IMG/VR virus record: IMGVR_UViG_3300014039_000027
Location: 1-64,000 of that record
From: a virus
Taxonomy: Duplodnaviria > Caudoviricetes
Strand: one strand, 5' to 3'
Length of the DNA stretch: 64,000 nucleotides
The number at the start of each line of letters is the position of its first letter. Positions within the stretch are counted from its first letter, which is position 1. The notes below the pieces were generated by a model, which made no database searches, was not told where the DNA came from, and saw only the letters and a program-made list of their open reading frames with translations. Shown piece by piece: positions 27,230 to 37,235 of the stretch. The position numbers were made by a program, and so were the translations under genes.

Positions 27230-28447
27230 TTACACGGTGAAGTGCGCGATCTTGGACGCAAACGTGGCCACACTGTCCAGGGCGATGGTCAGGTTCAGGC
27301 CGATCTCGAAATCCCCGGTGCGGGTGGGATCCATCTCAATAGAGATGGGTGTGCCGCTGGTGTAGCCGATGGTCAGCGGCTTTCTGCCGTTGCCCGCCAG
27401 CATCCAGATGTCGTTCTCGCTGAGCATGGTCTCCACGGTGGTGTTCTGGGTGCCGGGGATGATGACATCCCGCATGGGCATCAGGCGCACCGCCATGAAC
27501 TCGCCCAGGTAGCCGGCCTTGGTGTAGTCCGCGCCCAGCAGGGTGGCGATAGCGGCGTCCATGTTCACGTTGGTGGAGCCGGTCACGGTGTTGGGCAGGA
27601 CCTTGCTCAGGGCCACGGTGCTGCCGGTGGCAAACACGTCGGAGATGGTGGTGTTGTTCAGCGCGGCGATCTTGTTGGCGCCCTTCACCCAGTTCTGATT
27701 GTTGAAGGTGAAGTTCAGGTTGGTGGGGATCAGGCTGGTGTCCTCCGTAGCGGCGGTCATGGCCTCATTCCACATACCCATGGTCTTGGCGTACATACCT
27801 GCCACCATGTTGGCGAAGAAAACGCCGAAGTCCATGTTGGTGCCCACCAGCTGCATCCACTTGGCGGTGATCCAGCAGCTCTTGGGGGTGGGGTTCAGGG
27901 TATAGTCGCGGGAATAGAAGCGGTTGCGCGGCACGCTGCGGCTGGCGCCCCAGCTGGAGTCCTGGAAAACGGGGATGTCGTTGCTGCCGATGCTCACGGC
28001 GTAGGTCTGGCCCAGCTCGATCTCCACGGTCTCGGCGAAGTCGCTCAGCGCCTCGGAGTACACGGCGGGCAGAATGGGGATGATGACCTCCTGCCAGATG
28101 CCCTGCAGCACGGCGTAGAACCGGGCGTTGCCGTAATACTCGCCGCCGTTGCGCTTGAACTCCTCCCAGCTCTCGGGGGCCTTCTTGCCGGTGCTGGCGC
28201 AGGCCAGCTTGGCGGCGTACAGCAGGCTTTCCCGCTGGAACTGCTCGTTCAGCTGCTTGTAGCCCCGGTCGTTCATGGTGCGCTGCACGGGGGTGTTCTG
28301 CCCCTTGGCGCTCAGAACGGCCATCTTGCCCTTCAGGGCGTGTTCATAAAACAGCACGCGGCCCTTGGCCACGATGTCCTCGCGCTGGTCGTTTCCGTTG
28401 ATGGCGAAAACCTCGTTGGAAACGCTGTTCAGGTTCAGCTTTGCCAT
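27230..28447 (-). CDS. Major capsid protein, 405 aa
   Basis: Size and position after protease/scaffold and decoration genes; strongly biased codon use. Confidence 0.7.
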   Translation of the reverse strand: MAKLNLNSVSNEVFAINGNDQREDIVAKGRVLFYEHALKGKMAVLSAKGQNTPVQRTMNDRGYKQLNEQFQRESLLYAAKLACASTGKKAPESWEEFKRNGGEYYGNARFYAVLQGIWQEVIIPILPAVYSEALSDFAETVEIELGQTYAVSIGSNDIPVFQDSSWGASRSVPRNRFYSRDYTLNPTPKSCWITAKWMQLVGTNMDFGVFFANMVAGMYAKTMGMWNEAMTAATEDTSLIPTNLNFTFNNQNWVKGANKIAALNNTTISDVFATGSTVALSKVLPNTVTGSTNVNMDAAIATLLGADYTKAGYLGEFMAVRLMPMRDVIIPGTQNTTVETMLSENDIWMLAGNGRKPLTIGYTSGTPISIEMDPTRTGDFEIGLNLTIALDSVATFASKIAHFTV

Positions 28448-28470
28448 TTCTTACTCACTCTCCTCTCTCA

Positions 28471-29064
28471 TTAGCCCGCCACGGTGCTGACCTTGCAGGC
28501 CCACACGTCGTAGTACACAAAGCTCTGCACGGTGCCCTCGGTGAAGTTGCCGGTGCCCTTCAGTTTGAAGTAGATGGCGCCGGTAGCGGTGGGGGCGGCA
28601 GCGGCGGGTACCAGCAGGCCGTTGGCGATGGTGAAGATGGTGTTCTCACCAATGGCGCCGTTCACGTTGCCCTCGCCGAAGCGATAGGCGTGCTTGCCGT
28701 CAAACACGATCTCGGTGAAGGTGCCGTCCCGTCCGGCGGGGATGCCCAGCCCCAGGGTGGCGGTGCCCACGGCGTAGTTGTTGCCGTTGCGTCCGCCCAG
28801 CATGGGCCACTCGTAGGTGTTGCAGGCGTACACGCCGGTGTCGGCGTTGGCGTCTGCGCCGGCGGCGCTCATGTAAAAGGCGTTCTCGTTCTTGATGCCC
28901 TTGAAGCCCGCGCAGGGCAGCTGCTCGCCGCGCACCACCAGCAGGCCCGCGGAGCAGTCCGCGTCCGCCTCGGACACCTGATAGCGTCCCGTGATGTTGC
29001 ACAGTTCGTTGAACTCGTTGTTGGTGATCCGCGGCTCAAACGCGGTTTTCTCGATGTATGCCAT
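28471..29064 (-). CDS. Capsid decoration-like protein, 197 aa
   Basis: Between scaffold and capsid genes; beta-rich. Confidence 0.5.
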   Translation of the reverse strand: MAYIEKTAFEPRITNNEFNELCNITGRYQVSEADADCSAGLLVVRGEQLPCAGFKGIKNENAFYMSAAGADANADTGVYACNTYEWPMLGGRNGNNYAVGTATLGLGIPAGRDGTFTEIVFDGKHAYRFGEGNVNGAIGENTIFTIANGLLVPAAAAPTATGAIYFKLKGTGNFTEGTVQSFVYYDVWACKVSTVAG

Positions 29065-29087
29065 GTTCGTTCACTCTCCTTTTCGTT

Positions 29088-30479
29088 TTACTTGCCGGCG
29101 TCGATGCCCCACTTGTTCAGCAGAGCGTCCACACCCTCGCTGCCCTCGCCGCTGTTGCCGGCGATATGCTCCCAGGCGTAGGTGGTCTTGCGCTTCTGTG
29201 CGCTGCGCTTGTCGCTCTCCATCACGGCCTCGCCGCACACGGCCAGCACCGCCTCGCGCACCAGCTTCTCGCCCAGCCACGCGCCGTCCTTGTCGCAGCT
29301 GTTGGCGTACAGACCGGACTCGATGTTCTCGTTCACGGCCTTGATGGCCTCCTCCGCCACCTTCTCCTCGCGGTTGGCGTTGAACGCCTCCAGCGTGGCC
29401 TTGGCGGTATTCTTGCAGGCGCTCAGCCGGCGCTTGCTCTCCGCCTCCTGCATGGCGCGGATCTGCTCGTTGGCAGCCTCCAGCTTGGCGTTCAGGCTCT
29501 TCACCTCGCCGTCGGTCTCCTTCACGGAGGCCACGGTGTAGTCCACCACGTCCGCCACATCGGCGTTCAGCTCCACCTCGCCCACGCTCAGCACGATGTG
29601 CGCCGCGCAGGGGGCGATCTTGCTGGCGATCACCTCGCCGTTGTCGTCCGCGTTGAAGGTGTAGCCGAAAAGATTGCCGGAAGCGTCCAGCAGCGCCACG
29701 TTCAGCCCGTCCTCGCTCATGGAGAGCACCTTGTGGTGGGGGAACTTGGTCTGCATCTGCTCCATCGCTCTCTTGTTCATGTTGCTTTTCACTCCTTTTT
29801 TCGTGTTTTTGTCGTTTCCGTTGCCCTCGCTGCCCTCTGCGGCTGTGTGCAGCGATGCGGCCCGCAGTTTCAATTCCTTAAATTCCTCCTGCATGGCCGC
29901 CAGTCTTGCGATGCTCGCTCCCGGTATCGCCGGGTTCACCCTGTCTCCCAGAATGGTCACGCCTATGCCCGCCCATTTGGTAAACACGTCCACATCGCCC
30001 TCTTTGTGGCTCTCCGACACCATTGTCTCGGCGGAAACGTCCATCGTGCCCTGTTTCACGATCTTCCGCGTCAGCTCCGGGGCGTAAAAGGCAAACAGTC
30101 TCCCCTTCGCTCTGAGCCATGTATGACCGCCCCTCTCCACAAGGGTAAAGTCCTTTTCGTCGTCGGACAGCGTTCCCACGATGCGCTCCGCCGTCCCGTC
30201 CATGAAGGATTGGTACTCCTCCCCGGTCTGGGGGTCCCGGCGCTTGCTCATGTTGTGTCCGTCCCCCACCTGCTGCCCCACATAGGCGATCAGAATGGGC
30301 TGCCCGATGAAGGTCTTGTAGTACTTGTCCAAATTCTTGTACGACCAGTTGTTCCGATTTGGATCTTCTCTCATTACCCAGAGTTCGACACCAAATTCGT
30401 ATTCACTGAGTCTTTGCAAAACCTTTAGAGACCCCGTTGCACGAGTCTTTTGGGGAATTTGCTTTGTCTTGATTCCCAT
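29088..30479 (-). CDS. Prohead protease-scaffold fusion-like protein, 463 aa
   Basis: N-terminal protease-like region (NRNNW, GQPIL, DVSAE, GVTILG) and coiled-coil C-terminus. Confidence 0.65.
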   Translation of the reverse strand: MGIKTKQIPQKTRATGSLKVLQRLSEYEFGVELWVMREDPNRNNWSYKNLDKYYKTFIGQPILIAYVGQQVGDGHNMSKRRDPQTGEEYQSFMDGTAERIVGTLSDDEKDFTLVERGGHTWLRAKGRLFAFYAPELTRKIVKQGTMDVSAETMVSESHKEGDVDVFTKWAGIGVTILGDRVNPAIPGASIARLAAMQEEFKELKLRAASLHTAAEGSEGNGNDKNTKKGVKSNMNKRAMEQMQTKFPHHKVLSMSEDGLNVALLDASGNLFGYTFNADDNGEVIASKIAPCAAHIVLSVGEVELNADVADVVDYTVASVKETDGEVKSLNAKLEAANEQIRAMQEAESKRRLSACKNTAKATLEAFNANREEKVAEEAIKAVNENIESGLYANSCDKDGAWLGEKLVREAVLAVCGEAVMESDKRSAQKRKTTYAWEHIAGNSGEGSEGVDALLNKWGIDAGK

Positions 30480-30480
30480 G

Positions 30481-31173
30481 TCACTCCCTCCTATGAATTT
30501 GCTTGTTTGCCGCCTGCTCCTGCCACGTTGCCCAGCGGACATTCCCCGGTTCGTAGTCCCCGTCAACATTGATTCTGTCAATGGTCATCCCCGGCTCTCC
30601 GTAATGCGGCAATCTGCAAACGTAGTCGTAAAACGCTTCAAAACTGTCGCGCCATTCTTCGCAGACTCGGATGCCCCTGCCGCCATACCACTTGTATGCA
30701 GCGGCGTTTGGATTTCCACACCGGTGCTTCATTCCGCACCATACGCCGTATATCTTTTCGGCAGACATTCCGTGCGTTGTAACTTTCTCTGCCGTCAATC
30801 GCGTTTCTACGCTCTTGCATCCGCAGCTCTGAGATGCTCCAAAATTCAACGCGCCGGTATGGACTACCGAAGTCCGCCCGCAATCGCAAATACAGTTCCA
30901 TGCGGAGTTCCCTGCGTAAGAAAGAACCGTCAGTCGTCCAAACCGCCTACCGATCAGATTTTCTTTAGGCCCCTGCTCAAGTTTTGCGTTACGCTGCAAT
31001 CTTTTTGCATCGCAACCGCAAGAGCGCGTCCCTCCGCTATTCAAGCTATCCGTTCGTACCGCTTTTTCTTTGCCGCACTCACACTTACACAGCCAGTATT
31101 TTTTACCCGCAGGGCGAATCAGTGTCCAAAGTCCATAGCGCTCTCCCGGCGCATTTTTTCTCGGTCTGCCCAT
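30481..31173 (-). mobile_element. Free-standing HNH homing endonuclease 2
   Basis: CKCECG/CICDCG-SCGC repeats; YGGRGI; TIDRINVDGDYEPGNVRW. Confidence 0.85.
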
Positions 31174-31271
31174 ATTCAATTACCGCCTTTCGTAATCAGC
31201 CTTCTTTTCGAAACAAGGGGAAGGCGGCAAGGCTAACCGCTTTTCGGGAGCTACCCTATCCCCATGTTTTT

Positions 31272-31805
31272 TCACTCATTGCCGCCTTCAAACAGTTCTC
31301 TGCACCAGCTGTCAAAGGTGGCGCGGCTCATCTGCCCGTTGTCCCACATGGTCCAGGCGTCCAGCAGCTTGCGCCGATCGTCGGTGTTGGCGATCTGCAG
31401 CTCCTCCGCCTTCAGCGCAAGCGCGTTGAACTCCCCGTCCGCCGCTGCACGGATAAAGCCGCCCAGCGCCTCGTTGATGCCGTCCACAATGGCCACGCAC
31501 ACCTCGAATACCCGGTCCAGGTCGTTGTCCAGCTCCTCGTCCAGCTCCGGCGTTCCGGGGTACATCAGCCGCAGGTGGTAGTCGTGGGGTATCTCCGCGA
31601 ACTCGTCTATCCTCTCCGGCTGCCTGTGCTCCAGTTTGTGTATGGCGTCCGACAAAAACGGCATCCCCATGTCGCACAGCACTCGGTCCTTGATGTCTGC
31701 GAACCACTTTTCCCCGTTGCCGTAGGCTTCCATCACCCGGCGCATGGGTTCTTTTATGGGCGCGAACCGGGGGTTATCCCAGCTGGCGTATTCCTGTGCT
31801 CTCAT
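31272..31805 (-). CDS. Ferritin-like four-helix protein, 177 aa
   Basis: HKLEH...DEF and EAL helices spaced as in ferritin-like bundles; judged by eye. Confidence 0.4.
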   Translation of the reverse strand: MRAQEYASWDNPRFAPIKEPMRRVMEAYGNGEKWFADIKDRVLCDMGMPFLSDAIHKLEHRQPERIDEFAEIPHDYHLRLMYPGTPELDEELDNDLDRVFEVCVAIVDGINEALGGFIRAAADGEFNALALKAEELQIANTDDRRKLLDAWTMWDNGQMSRATFDSWCRELFEGGNE

Positions 31806-31826
31806 GTCCTCACTCCCTCTCTCCGC

Positions 31827-31904
31827 AAAATGAAAATGGAGCCGCAGCCGGTGTTCTCCACTGGCGCAGCCCCATTTGGCCCTTCTCGCAGTCCCTTTAC
31901 CGCG
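31827..31904 (-). terminator. Hairpin-linker-terminator element B, upstream of head genes
   Basis: CGCGG-TAAAGGGA-CTGCG, 13-nt linker AGAAGGGCCAAAT, GGGGC stem with GAGAA loop, CTCCATTTTCATTTT. Confidence 0.7.
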
Positions 31905-31949
31905 ATTATTCGTTTTTCGGTCCCCACTGTCGCAGGGGCTCTCGCCGCC

Positions 31950-32126
31950 CTATCGCTCTGTCGGCAGCGGCATGGCCGCGCCTTTCTTTTTCTTCACCGT
32001 GTGCACGGTGTGTGCCTTTATGGCCAGCCCGTCCGCCGTCCGGCGTATCTCCACGTCGTTGCCGCGGGCCAGTTCCCGGTTGATCTCGTGCAGGTCGTCC
32101 GCCGTCAGTATCGCCGTCATGCTCAT
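31950..32126 (-). CDS. Small protein B, 58 aa, paralog of 53709-53852
   Basis: ATG 32126 four nt after portal stop; 15/47 ungapped identities with small protein A. Confidence 0.7.
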   Translation of the reverse strand: MSMTAILTADDLHEINRELARGNDVEIRRTADGLAIKAHTVHTVKKKKGAAMPLPTER

Positions 32127-32130
32127 CCTC

Positions 32131-33933
32131 TCAGTCTCCCGCGTCCTCTGACGCTTCCTGTCCCTCGGTCCCCGGCGCTCCCTCCGATGCCGGTCTCCCT
32201 CCGGGGTCTGTCGCTCTTTTGGCCTCCGGCGTCTGACCACCGTTTCCATTTCCGCCGTTCTTTGTCTCCGTGAATGTGGAACTAAGCGGTTTTCTCAGGT
32301 CCATGATCCCGGATTCCGTCACCGCGCGGCTTATGGACATATCATCCAGCAGGGACATATTGTTCATAGCCAAATATTTCAGCGTTGCCGGCAATATGCC
32401 CAGCGTCATATCTTTTCTCAGGCTTTCTCTCAAATCATTGTCCGTGGCAATGTCCCCGAAACACTCAAATCGCCAGGAAAATTTCAGGTTCAGCCCGTCC
32501 ATGATGCCCTGCATCATGCGCTCGTAGCAGCGGTATATCTGCTCAGCGAATTTGCTCTCTATCTGCAAGCTGATGTTCGCCACACCCGCCCGCGGCTCGT
32601 CGCTGGTGGGTATCAGGGCAGAAAGGCCCGCCTTCGCCATGGTGTAACCGTACCCGGCGGAGCTTATCTTTGTGGCGCTGGGCGCCTCGGCCAGCTGGTG
32701 CAGCGACATATTTTTCAGCGGCGCTGCGTACCAGCCTATGCCGCTGGTGTTGTTCTCCGCCAGCTCGTCGTAGAACCGCGTGCGGAAAAGCTCCCACCCC
32801 GCGTTGCTCAGCTTGTAGGCGTCGGACAGATTGCGGTTGCTGTCGTCCGCGTACTCTATCTCGCCCGTCAGCAGCGAGATCAGCGGGTTCTGTACCAGCT
32901 CCAGCTGTATCTGCTCGTACTGCGCGATCTGTATAAACGACAGGAAAAGCCCCGTCAGCGGCGATACCACCGCCGTCTGCGCGTCGTCTATCTCGAAGGG
33001 GTATACAGCGTCCACCGGCAGTGTCACCCAGTAGCACCACTTCCCGTTCTGATAGTACACGTCCGGGTCTCCCGGCAGCAGTCCGCCGTCACGCTCCGCC
33101 GCCGTTTTCAGCGCCGCAAACTTGTTCATGTTGATGGTGTTCTTCGCCGCGTATACATACCGGGTGCCCGCGCCCTTGGGCGGCCTTGCCGCCACCTGGG
33201 TGAATATCCCCCAGTACGGCTTAAACAGGTCTCCGAACTGCGCCGGTTCGCACCCCGGCTTCATGAAGTACATCATGTTGAAGGCCACCGTGTACTTCGA
33301 CACACTGTTGAACCCCACGATCTTTACCCAGTCGCTGGGCAGCTGCTGCATAAAGGCGTAGTTCACCTTGTTGTGGGGCTTGTCCACGCTTACGCGGGGG
33401 TAGTAGAATACCTTGCCCTCCTGCACCGCCTGTCCCGCCAGCTTATGGGCGGTGGCCTTTACGTCCATTTTCCGCCGCAGCTTCTCCAGCAGCTTCCACT
33501 CCCGCCAGAACTCGTCGTTCTTCGCCGTGTCCTTGTCGGTGAACTCCGGCGCGATGTAGCTGTGGTATGTCAGCAGATCCTGGTACATCTTCCGGGTGTG
33601 GAAAAGCGGGTACGCGGTAAATTCCAGCCCGTGCTCCACCTGCCGCAGCCCCTGCTCGTTGCCCAGGGGGGCGGTCAGCATCTCCGCCACCTTGTTTTTC
33701 GTAAAGTCCTCCGGCAGCGAGGATATGGCCTGTACGCGGCGGTTCTGAATGTAGGGGTTCGCCCGCGCCGCCTGGCTCATGCTCACCCTGCTGAAGGCGC
33801 TGGCCAGCGCCCCTGCCGGCATATTGCCGTACTGCTCCGCCAGCGCGTTGAACCTCTTGAATATGTCGGGGTAGGTGCCGCAGGCCACGCTCTGCAATTC
33901 ACTTGTCAGGTTTCTCCGCTTCTCCTGCTCCAT
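32131..33933 (-). CDS. Portal protein, 600 aa
   Basis: Size and position after terminase, before head genes. Confidence 0.75.
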   Translation of the reverse strand: MEQEKRRNLTSELQSVACGTYPDIFKRFNALAEQYGNMPAGALASAFSRVSMSQAARANPYIQNRRVQAISSLPEDFTKNKVAEMLTAPLGNEQGLRQVEHGLEFTAYPLFHTRKMYQDLLTYHSYIAPEFTDKDTAKNDEFWREWKLLEKLRRKMDVKATAHKLAGQAVQEGKVFYYPRVSVDKPHNKVNYAFMQQLPSDWVKIVGFNSVSKYTVAFNMMYFMKPGCEPAQFGDLFKPYWGIFTQVAARPPKGAGTRYVYAAKNTINMNKFAALKTAAERDGGLLPGDPDVYYQNGKWCYWVTLPVDAVYPFEIDDAQTAVVSPLTGLFLSFIQIAQYEQIQLELVQNPLISLLTGEIEYADDSNRNLSDAYKLSNAGWELFRTRFYDELAENNTSGIGWYAAPLKNMSLHQLAEAPSATKISSAGYGYTMAKAGLSALIPTSDEPRAGVANISLQIESKFAEQIYRCYERMMQGIMDGLNLKFSWRFECFGDIATDNDLRESLRKDMTLGILPATLKYLAMNNMSLLDDMSISRAVTESGIMDLRKPLSSTFTETKNGGNGNGGQTPEAKRATDPGGRPASEGAPGTEGQEASEDAGD

Positions 33934-34270
33934 GCGCCGCCTCCTCGTCTATGCGGGAGCGTTCCTTTTCCAGCTCCCTCTCCCACGCATCCAGCAGCTC
34001 GTTCAGCCGCTTCTGCGTGTCAGCCCTGTTCTTCTTCACGCCGTCCGCCAGCGCCGCCGCTATGCAGTCCGCCAGCCACAGCCGGTCTCGCTCCGTCAGG
34101 CGCTTCAATTCCGCGCCCCGTATCTCCACCGTTTGTATCTTTTTCGGCGCCGCAGTGCGGTACAGCAGCATATATCCCGCCGTTATCCGCACAAAGCGTT
34201 CCTTCTCCGCCAGCGCCACGGTCTCTCCTGTCACCCGCGCCGCGTATAGCTTGTACTTCCTTGCCGCCAT
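33899..34270 (-). CDS. Hypothetical protein, 123 aa
   Basis: Packed between TerL and portal. Confidence 0.55.
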   Translation of the reverse strand: MAARKYKLYAARVTGETVALAEKERFVRITAGYMLLYRTAAPKKIQTVEIRGAELKRLTERDRLWLADCIAAALADGVKKNRADTQKRLNELLDAWERELEKERSRIDEEAAHGAGEAEKPDK

Positions 34271-34271
34271 T

Positions 34272-36135
34272 TCAGCATATCCTCCCGCCGCGCCGCGCCG
34301 TCACCGTGCGGCCTCCCGCGCCCGTCGCCGCCGTTCTGTGCTGGGCGGCTACGCGGTTTTTGTATTTTGCCAGCTCCTCGTCCCAGTCGCTCTTGTGCCG
34401 CACCGCCTGTGCCAGCTCCTCGCGCTCCAGTATCTGCGCCACCCGCAGCGCATATTTCAGCGCCGACCATATATCGCGCTGTATGTGCTTGGATATGCGC
34501 TCCTCTTTCTGTGTGGTGCCGCTGGCCACCTTTTTCAGGTTCTGTATCTGCCCCACCAGCTCGCGGGTCTTTATGTAGGGGTCTGCCAGCATGGCGTCCA
34601 TGCTGTCGTCCTTGATCCGGTGATACTTCTTGTAGTTCTCCACGCCCTCGTTCACGTTGGAGCACAGCAGCTCCACGTTTCGGTTCTCAAACTGCAGCTC
34701 CGCGTACCGCACCATCTCCGCGTCCGGGTCGGTCACGCCCGCGCCGCCCGCTTTGATGGGGTACAGGCACGGCACGGCGTTCTCCTGCTCCAGCTCCGTG
34801 AAGCTTGCGTGGTTCCGCACGCACAGCGGCGCAAGGCCGTCGCCCAGGTCCATCATCAGGTTCTCCACCACGCTGGTGCCGTACTGCCATGCGTCTATGG
34901 CCAGATAGGTAGGCGCTCCGCCGTCGCAGCAGAACCGGCTCCACACGTCCTTGATGCGCTGGGCCTGCATCATGCTCTTCACCGGCGGGTTCCACACGTC
35001 CACATAGACCACCTGCTTCAAATAGCGGTCCCGCTTCAGCCAGTCCGTCTGTCTCGTGCATTTCAGCACCACGCAGGCGCATTTCGCGTTCTTCTTATCG
35101 TCGGCGTAGCTCACGTCGTACCCCACGATGTAGATCACGTCCTCCGGCTTCAGTTTGTTGCCCACGTCGTAGGCGCAGTGCCGGTTCTCCGCGATCATCA
35201 GCTTTCGGCTCTCCGTCAGCACCTCGTCCCGCACGATGGGATTGCTGTCCGCCCCGGTATAGCGTGATTCCATTTCGCGCATCCATCGCTCCGGTGTCAG
35301 CTTCGTCCGCAGCTTCTGTGCCCAGGAGTAGGGCCGCATTTGCTGCAAAACTACGCATTGCCACGGCACGTCCATGGTAAAGGCGCTTTCCCCGCGTCCC
35401 ATCTCCTTCATCACCTCACAGCGGACTTGAAATGCGTGGTTCTGCTTCCGCCCTGCGCTGGTGATAGAGTGGTTTTTATAGGCCACAAAGTTTGGATCGG
35501 GTTCCCCGTTCACGTTGTGCCGCAGACGTACTGCCGGCAGCACAACGGTGGTGTATTCGTCAAAATCGAAAGCGGGCTGTTCTTCCTGCGCGAACTCCTC
35601 TGCGGTAGCCGCGTGCAGGTTGTCGCCGCGCTTTTCTCCGATGTAAAAGGCGCTGCCGTAATCGGTCTCTATCTTGAAGTCGTCCTTGCTCTCCGCCGTC
35701 ACCCGCCAGTGCTTCGCAAGCGCTGAGTAGTCATGCTCTATGGCGTGGAACGTCTTTCCGCCTATGGACGCCAGCTGCTTCAGCGAAGGCCCGGTATATA
35801 TCACCTGCGTCCCCGGCCACGCGACACCATTCATCATTTCGGAGATCATCTTGGTGTACGTCTTGGTCATGCCTCGCGTACCCGTTATCGCCACGTCCGT
35901 ATACCGGGCATAGGCTCTCAGCATGATCCGCTGTACGATCTCCAGCGTCTTGAAGTCGCTGTCATCGCTCCGCAGGATGTCCGCCAGTTTGTCAGGGCAA
36001 CTAATACCAACGTGCGACCCAGACCAGCCATGCCCACCAGCTGTCCGCCATGTTCTCGTAGTTCCGTTCCTGCGTGGGCTTTTTTGTTACCCAGCCAAGT
36101 CCGGTCACATACGCCTTGCCTGTCCGTCGCGCCAT
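34272..36135 (-). pseudogene. terL: Terminase large subunit interrupted by a 7-nt insertion (44-aa ORF 36001-36135 plus ORF 34272-35924)
   Basis: Walker A TGTRGMTKT, Walker B ATAEEF, nuclease YIVGYDVS; ...CGT TGG TAT [TAGTTGC] CCT GAC...; removing 7 nt gives a 618-aa frame reading RWYPD. Confidence 0.75.
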
Positions 36136-36171
36136 TGGTTCAGATCACCTCGCCCGCCGCCGTGCGGCTTC

Positions 36172-37119
36172 TTATTTTTTGTGCTTCCGCAGCAGCCCCA
36201 TCTTTTCATAGGCTTCCTGCTCCGCCTCGTTGGGTTCTTCAGCGAACTCGTCCAGTTCGTCCTCGATCTTCGCGTCCTCCGGCAGTTCCACCAGCTCCGG
36301 CAGCCCATCGTTTATGCGGGCCTGATTGATGATCGCCAGCAGCATTTTTTCCGCTGCGTCCGCCGTATAGGTGTACTTGCACGGTCTGCCAAATATCAGC
36401 TGAAACGCCTCATCCGGCGTACACTGCTTTCCGTTTTTCATCAGGCCCGCTTTTTCCAGCCTGTCCACTATGCCGTCCAGCCGCAGGTCCTCCACCGGCT
36501 TCGTGTCCTTCTTCCGCAGGTTTTCCGACGCCAGGTTCTCCTGTATCATGCTGGACAGCTTCTTGGCCTTGTCTATGGCGCCCATCTCCGCCGCGTCGTT
36601 CATCTGCTTTGTCCACTTCGCCACGTTGCGGAGTATCAGCTGCTGCTTGGCGCTCACCGCCTGCTCCCCGCCGAAGTCGGCGCACAGCGCGTTGTATATC
36701 CGGTCAAACTCGTTGTAGTCCTCGCTGGTGTAGGGCGCTTTTCCCGTGCCCTCGCCCCAGTCGGCGGCCTGCCGCTTCGTGCCCTGCTTGCCCTCTCTGG
36801 CGCTTTTCTCCGCGCTCACGGATCTCGTGAAGGTGCCGCTGTCCAGCCCCTCTCCGAATATCTTGGTGACGTCCGTCAGCCCGTCCAGAAAGCCCAGCTC
36901 CCCGCCGCCCGGCGTCCGGTCCAGCTTTTTCTTGGTCAGTTTCTCGCAGTAGGCGCTCCACTTGTTCTTCGCCCCGCCTCCCGGCAGCGCGTTCATGTCA
37001 AAGGGCTTGTTGAACCGTATGCACGCATAAAAATAAGCCAAACTCTCCCCCACCGCGTCCTTGAGTAGGTCGTAGTACGCCTGCTGCTTCTCTGCGCTCA
37101 TCGGTTCCAGTTCGGCCAT
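36172..37119 (-). CDS. Terminase small subunit-like protein, 315 aa
   Basis: Directly upstream of TerL; helical core; AAGGAG RBS. Confidence 0.55.
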   Translation of the reverse strand: MAELEPMSAEKQQAYYDLLKDAVGESLAYFYACIRFNKPFDMNALPGGGAKNKWSAYCEKLTKKKLDRTPGGGELGFLDGLTDVTKIFGEGLDSGTFTRSVSAEKSAREGKQGTKRQAADWGEGTGKAPYTSEDYNEFDRIYNALCADFGGEQAVSAKQQLILRNVAKWTKQMNDAAEMGAIDKAKKLSSMIQENLASENLRKKDTKPVEDLRLDGIVDRLEKAGLMKNGKQCTPDEAFQLIFGRPCKYTYTADAAEKMLLAIINQARINDGLPELVELPEDAKIEDELDEFAEEPNEAEQEAYEKMGLLRKHKK

Positions 37120-37133
37120 GCTGCTCTCCTTTC

Positions 37134-37223
37134 GGAAACAAAAATGGTACATGGTAGAGTTTGCCACTCTCTCATGTACCATTTTCGCAGGTTCTCCGCC
37201 ATGTGAGGGACTTTTAAGTCCCT
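37134..37223 (-). terminator. Hairpin plus terminator-like stem upstream of packaging genes (element D)
   Basis: AGGGACT-TAAA-AGTCCCT, then 13-bp inverted repeat AAAATGGTACATG/CATGTACCATTTT followed by TGTTT. Confidence 0.55.
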
Positions 37224-37235
37224 TTCTGAATTTTT

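Noticed and set aside
35997-36003. TAG reassignment (recoded phage) explaining the TerL stop
   Set aside because: Read-through hits TGA two codons later and remains out of frame; the tRNA anticodon is CCA; other genes end normally at TAG
36079-36085. A_AAA_AAG slippery site as the way to rescue TerL
   Set aside because: A -1 shift enters the wrong frame and stops; TerL needs +1, and the zero frame stays protein-like up to the TAG
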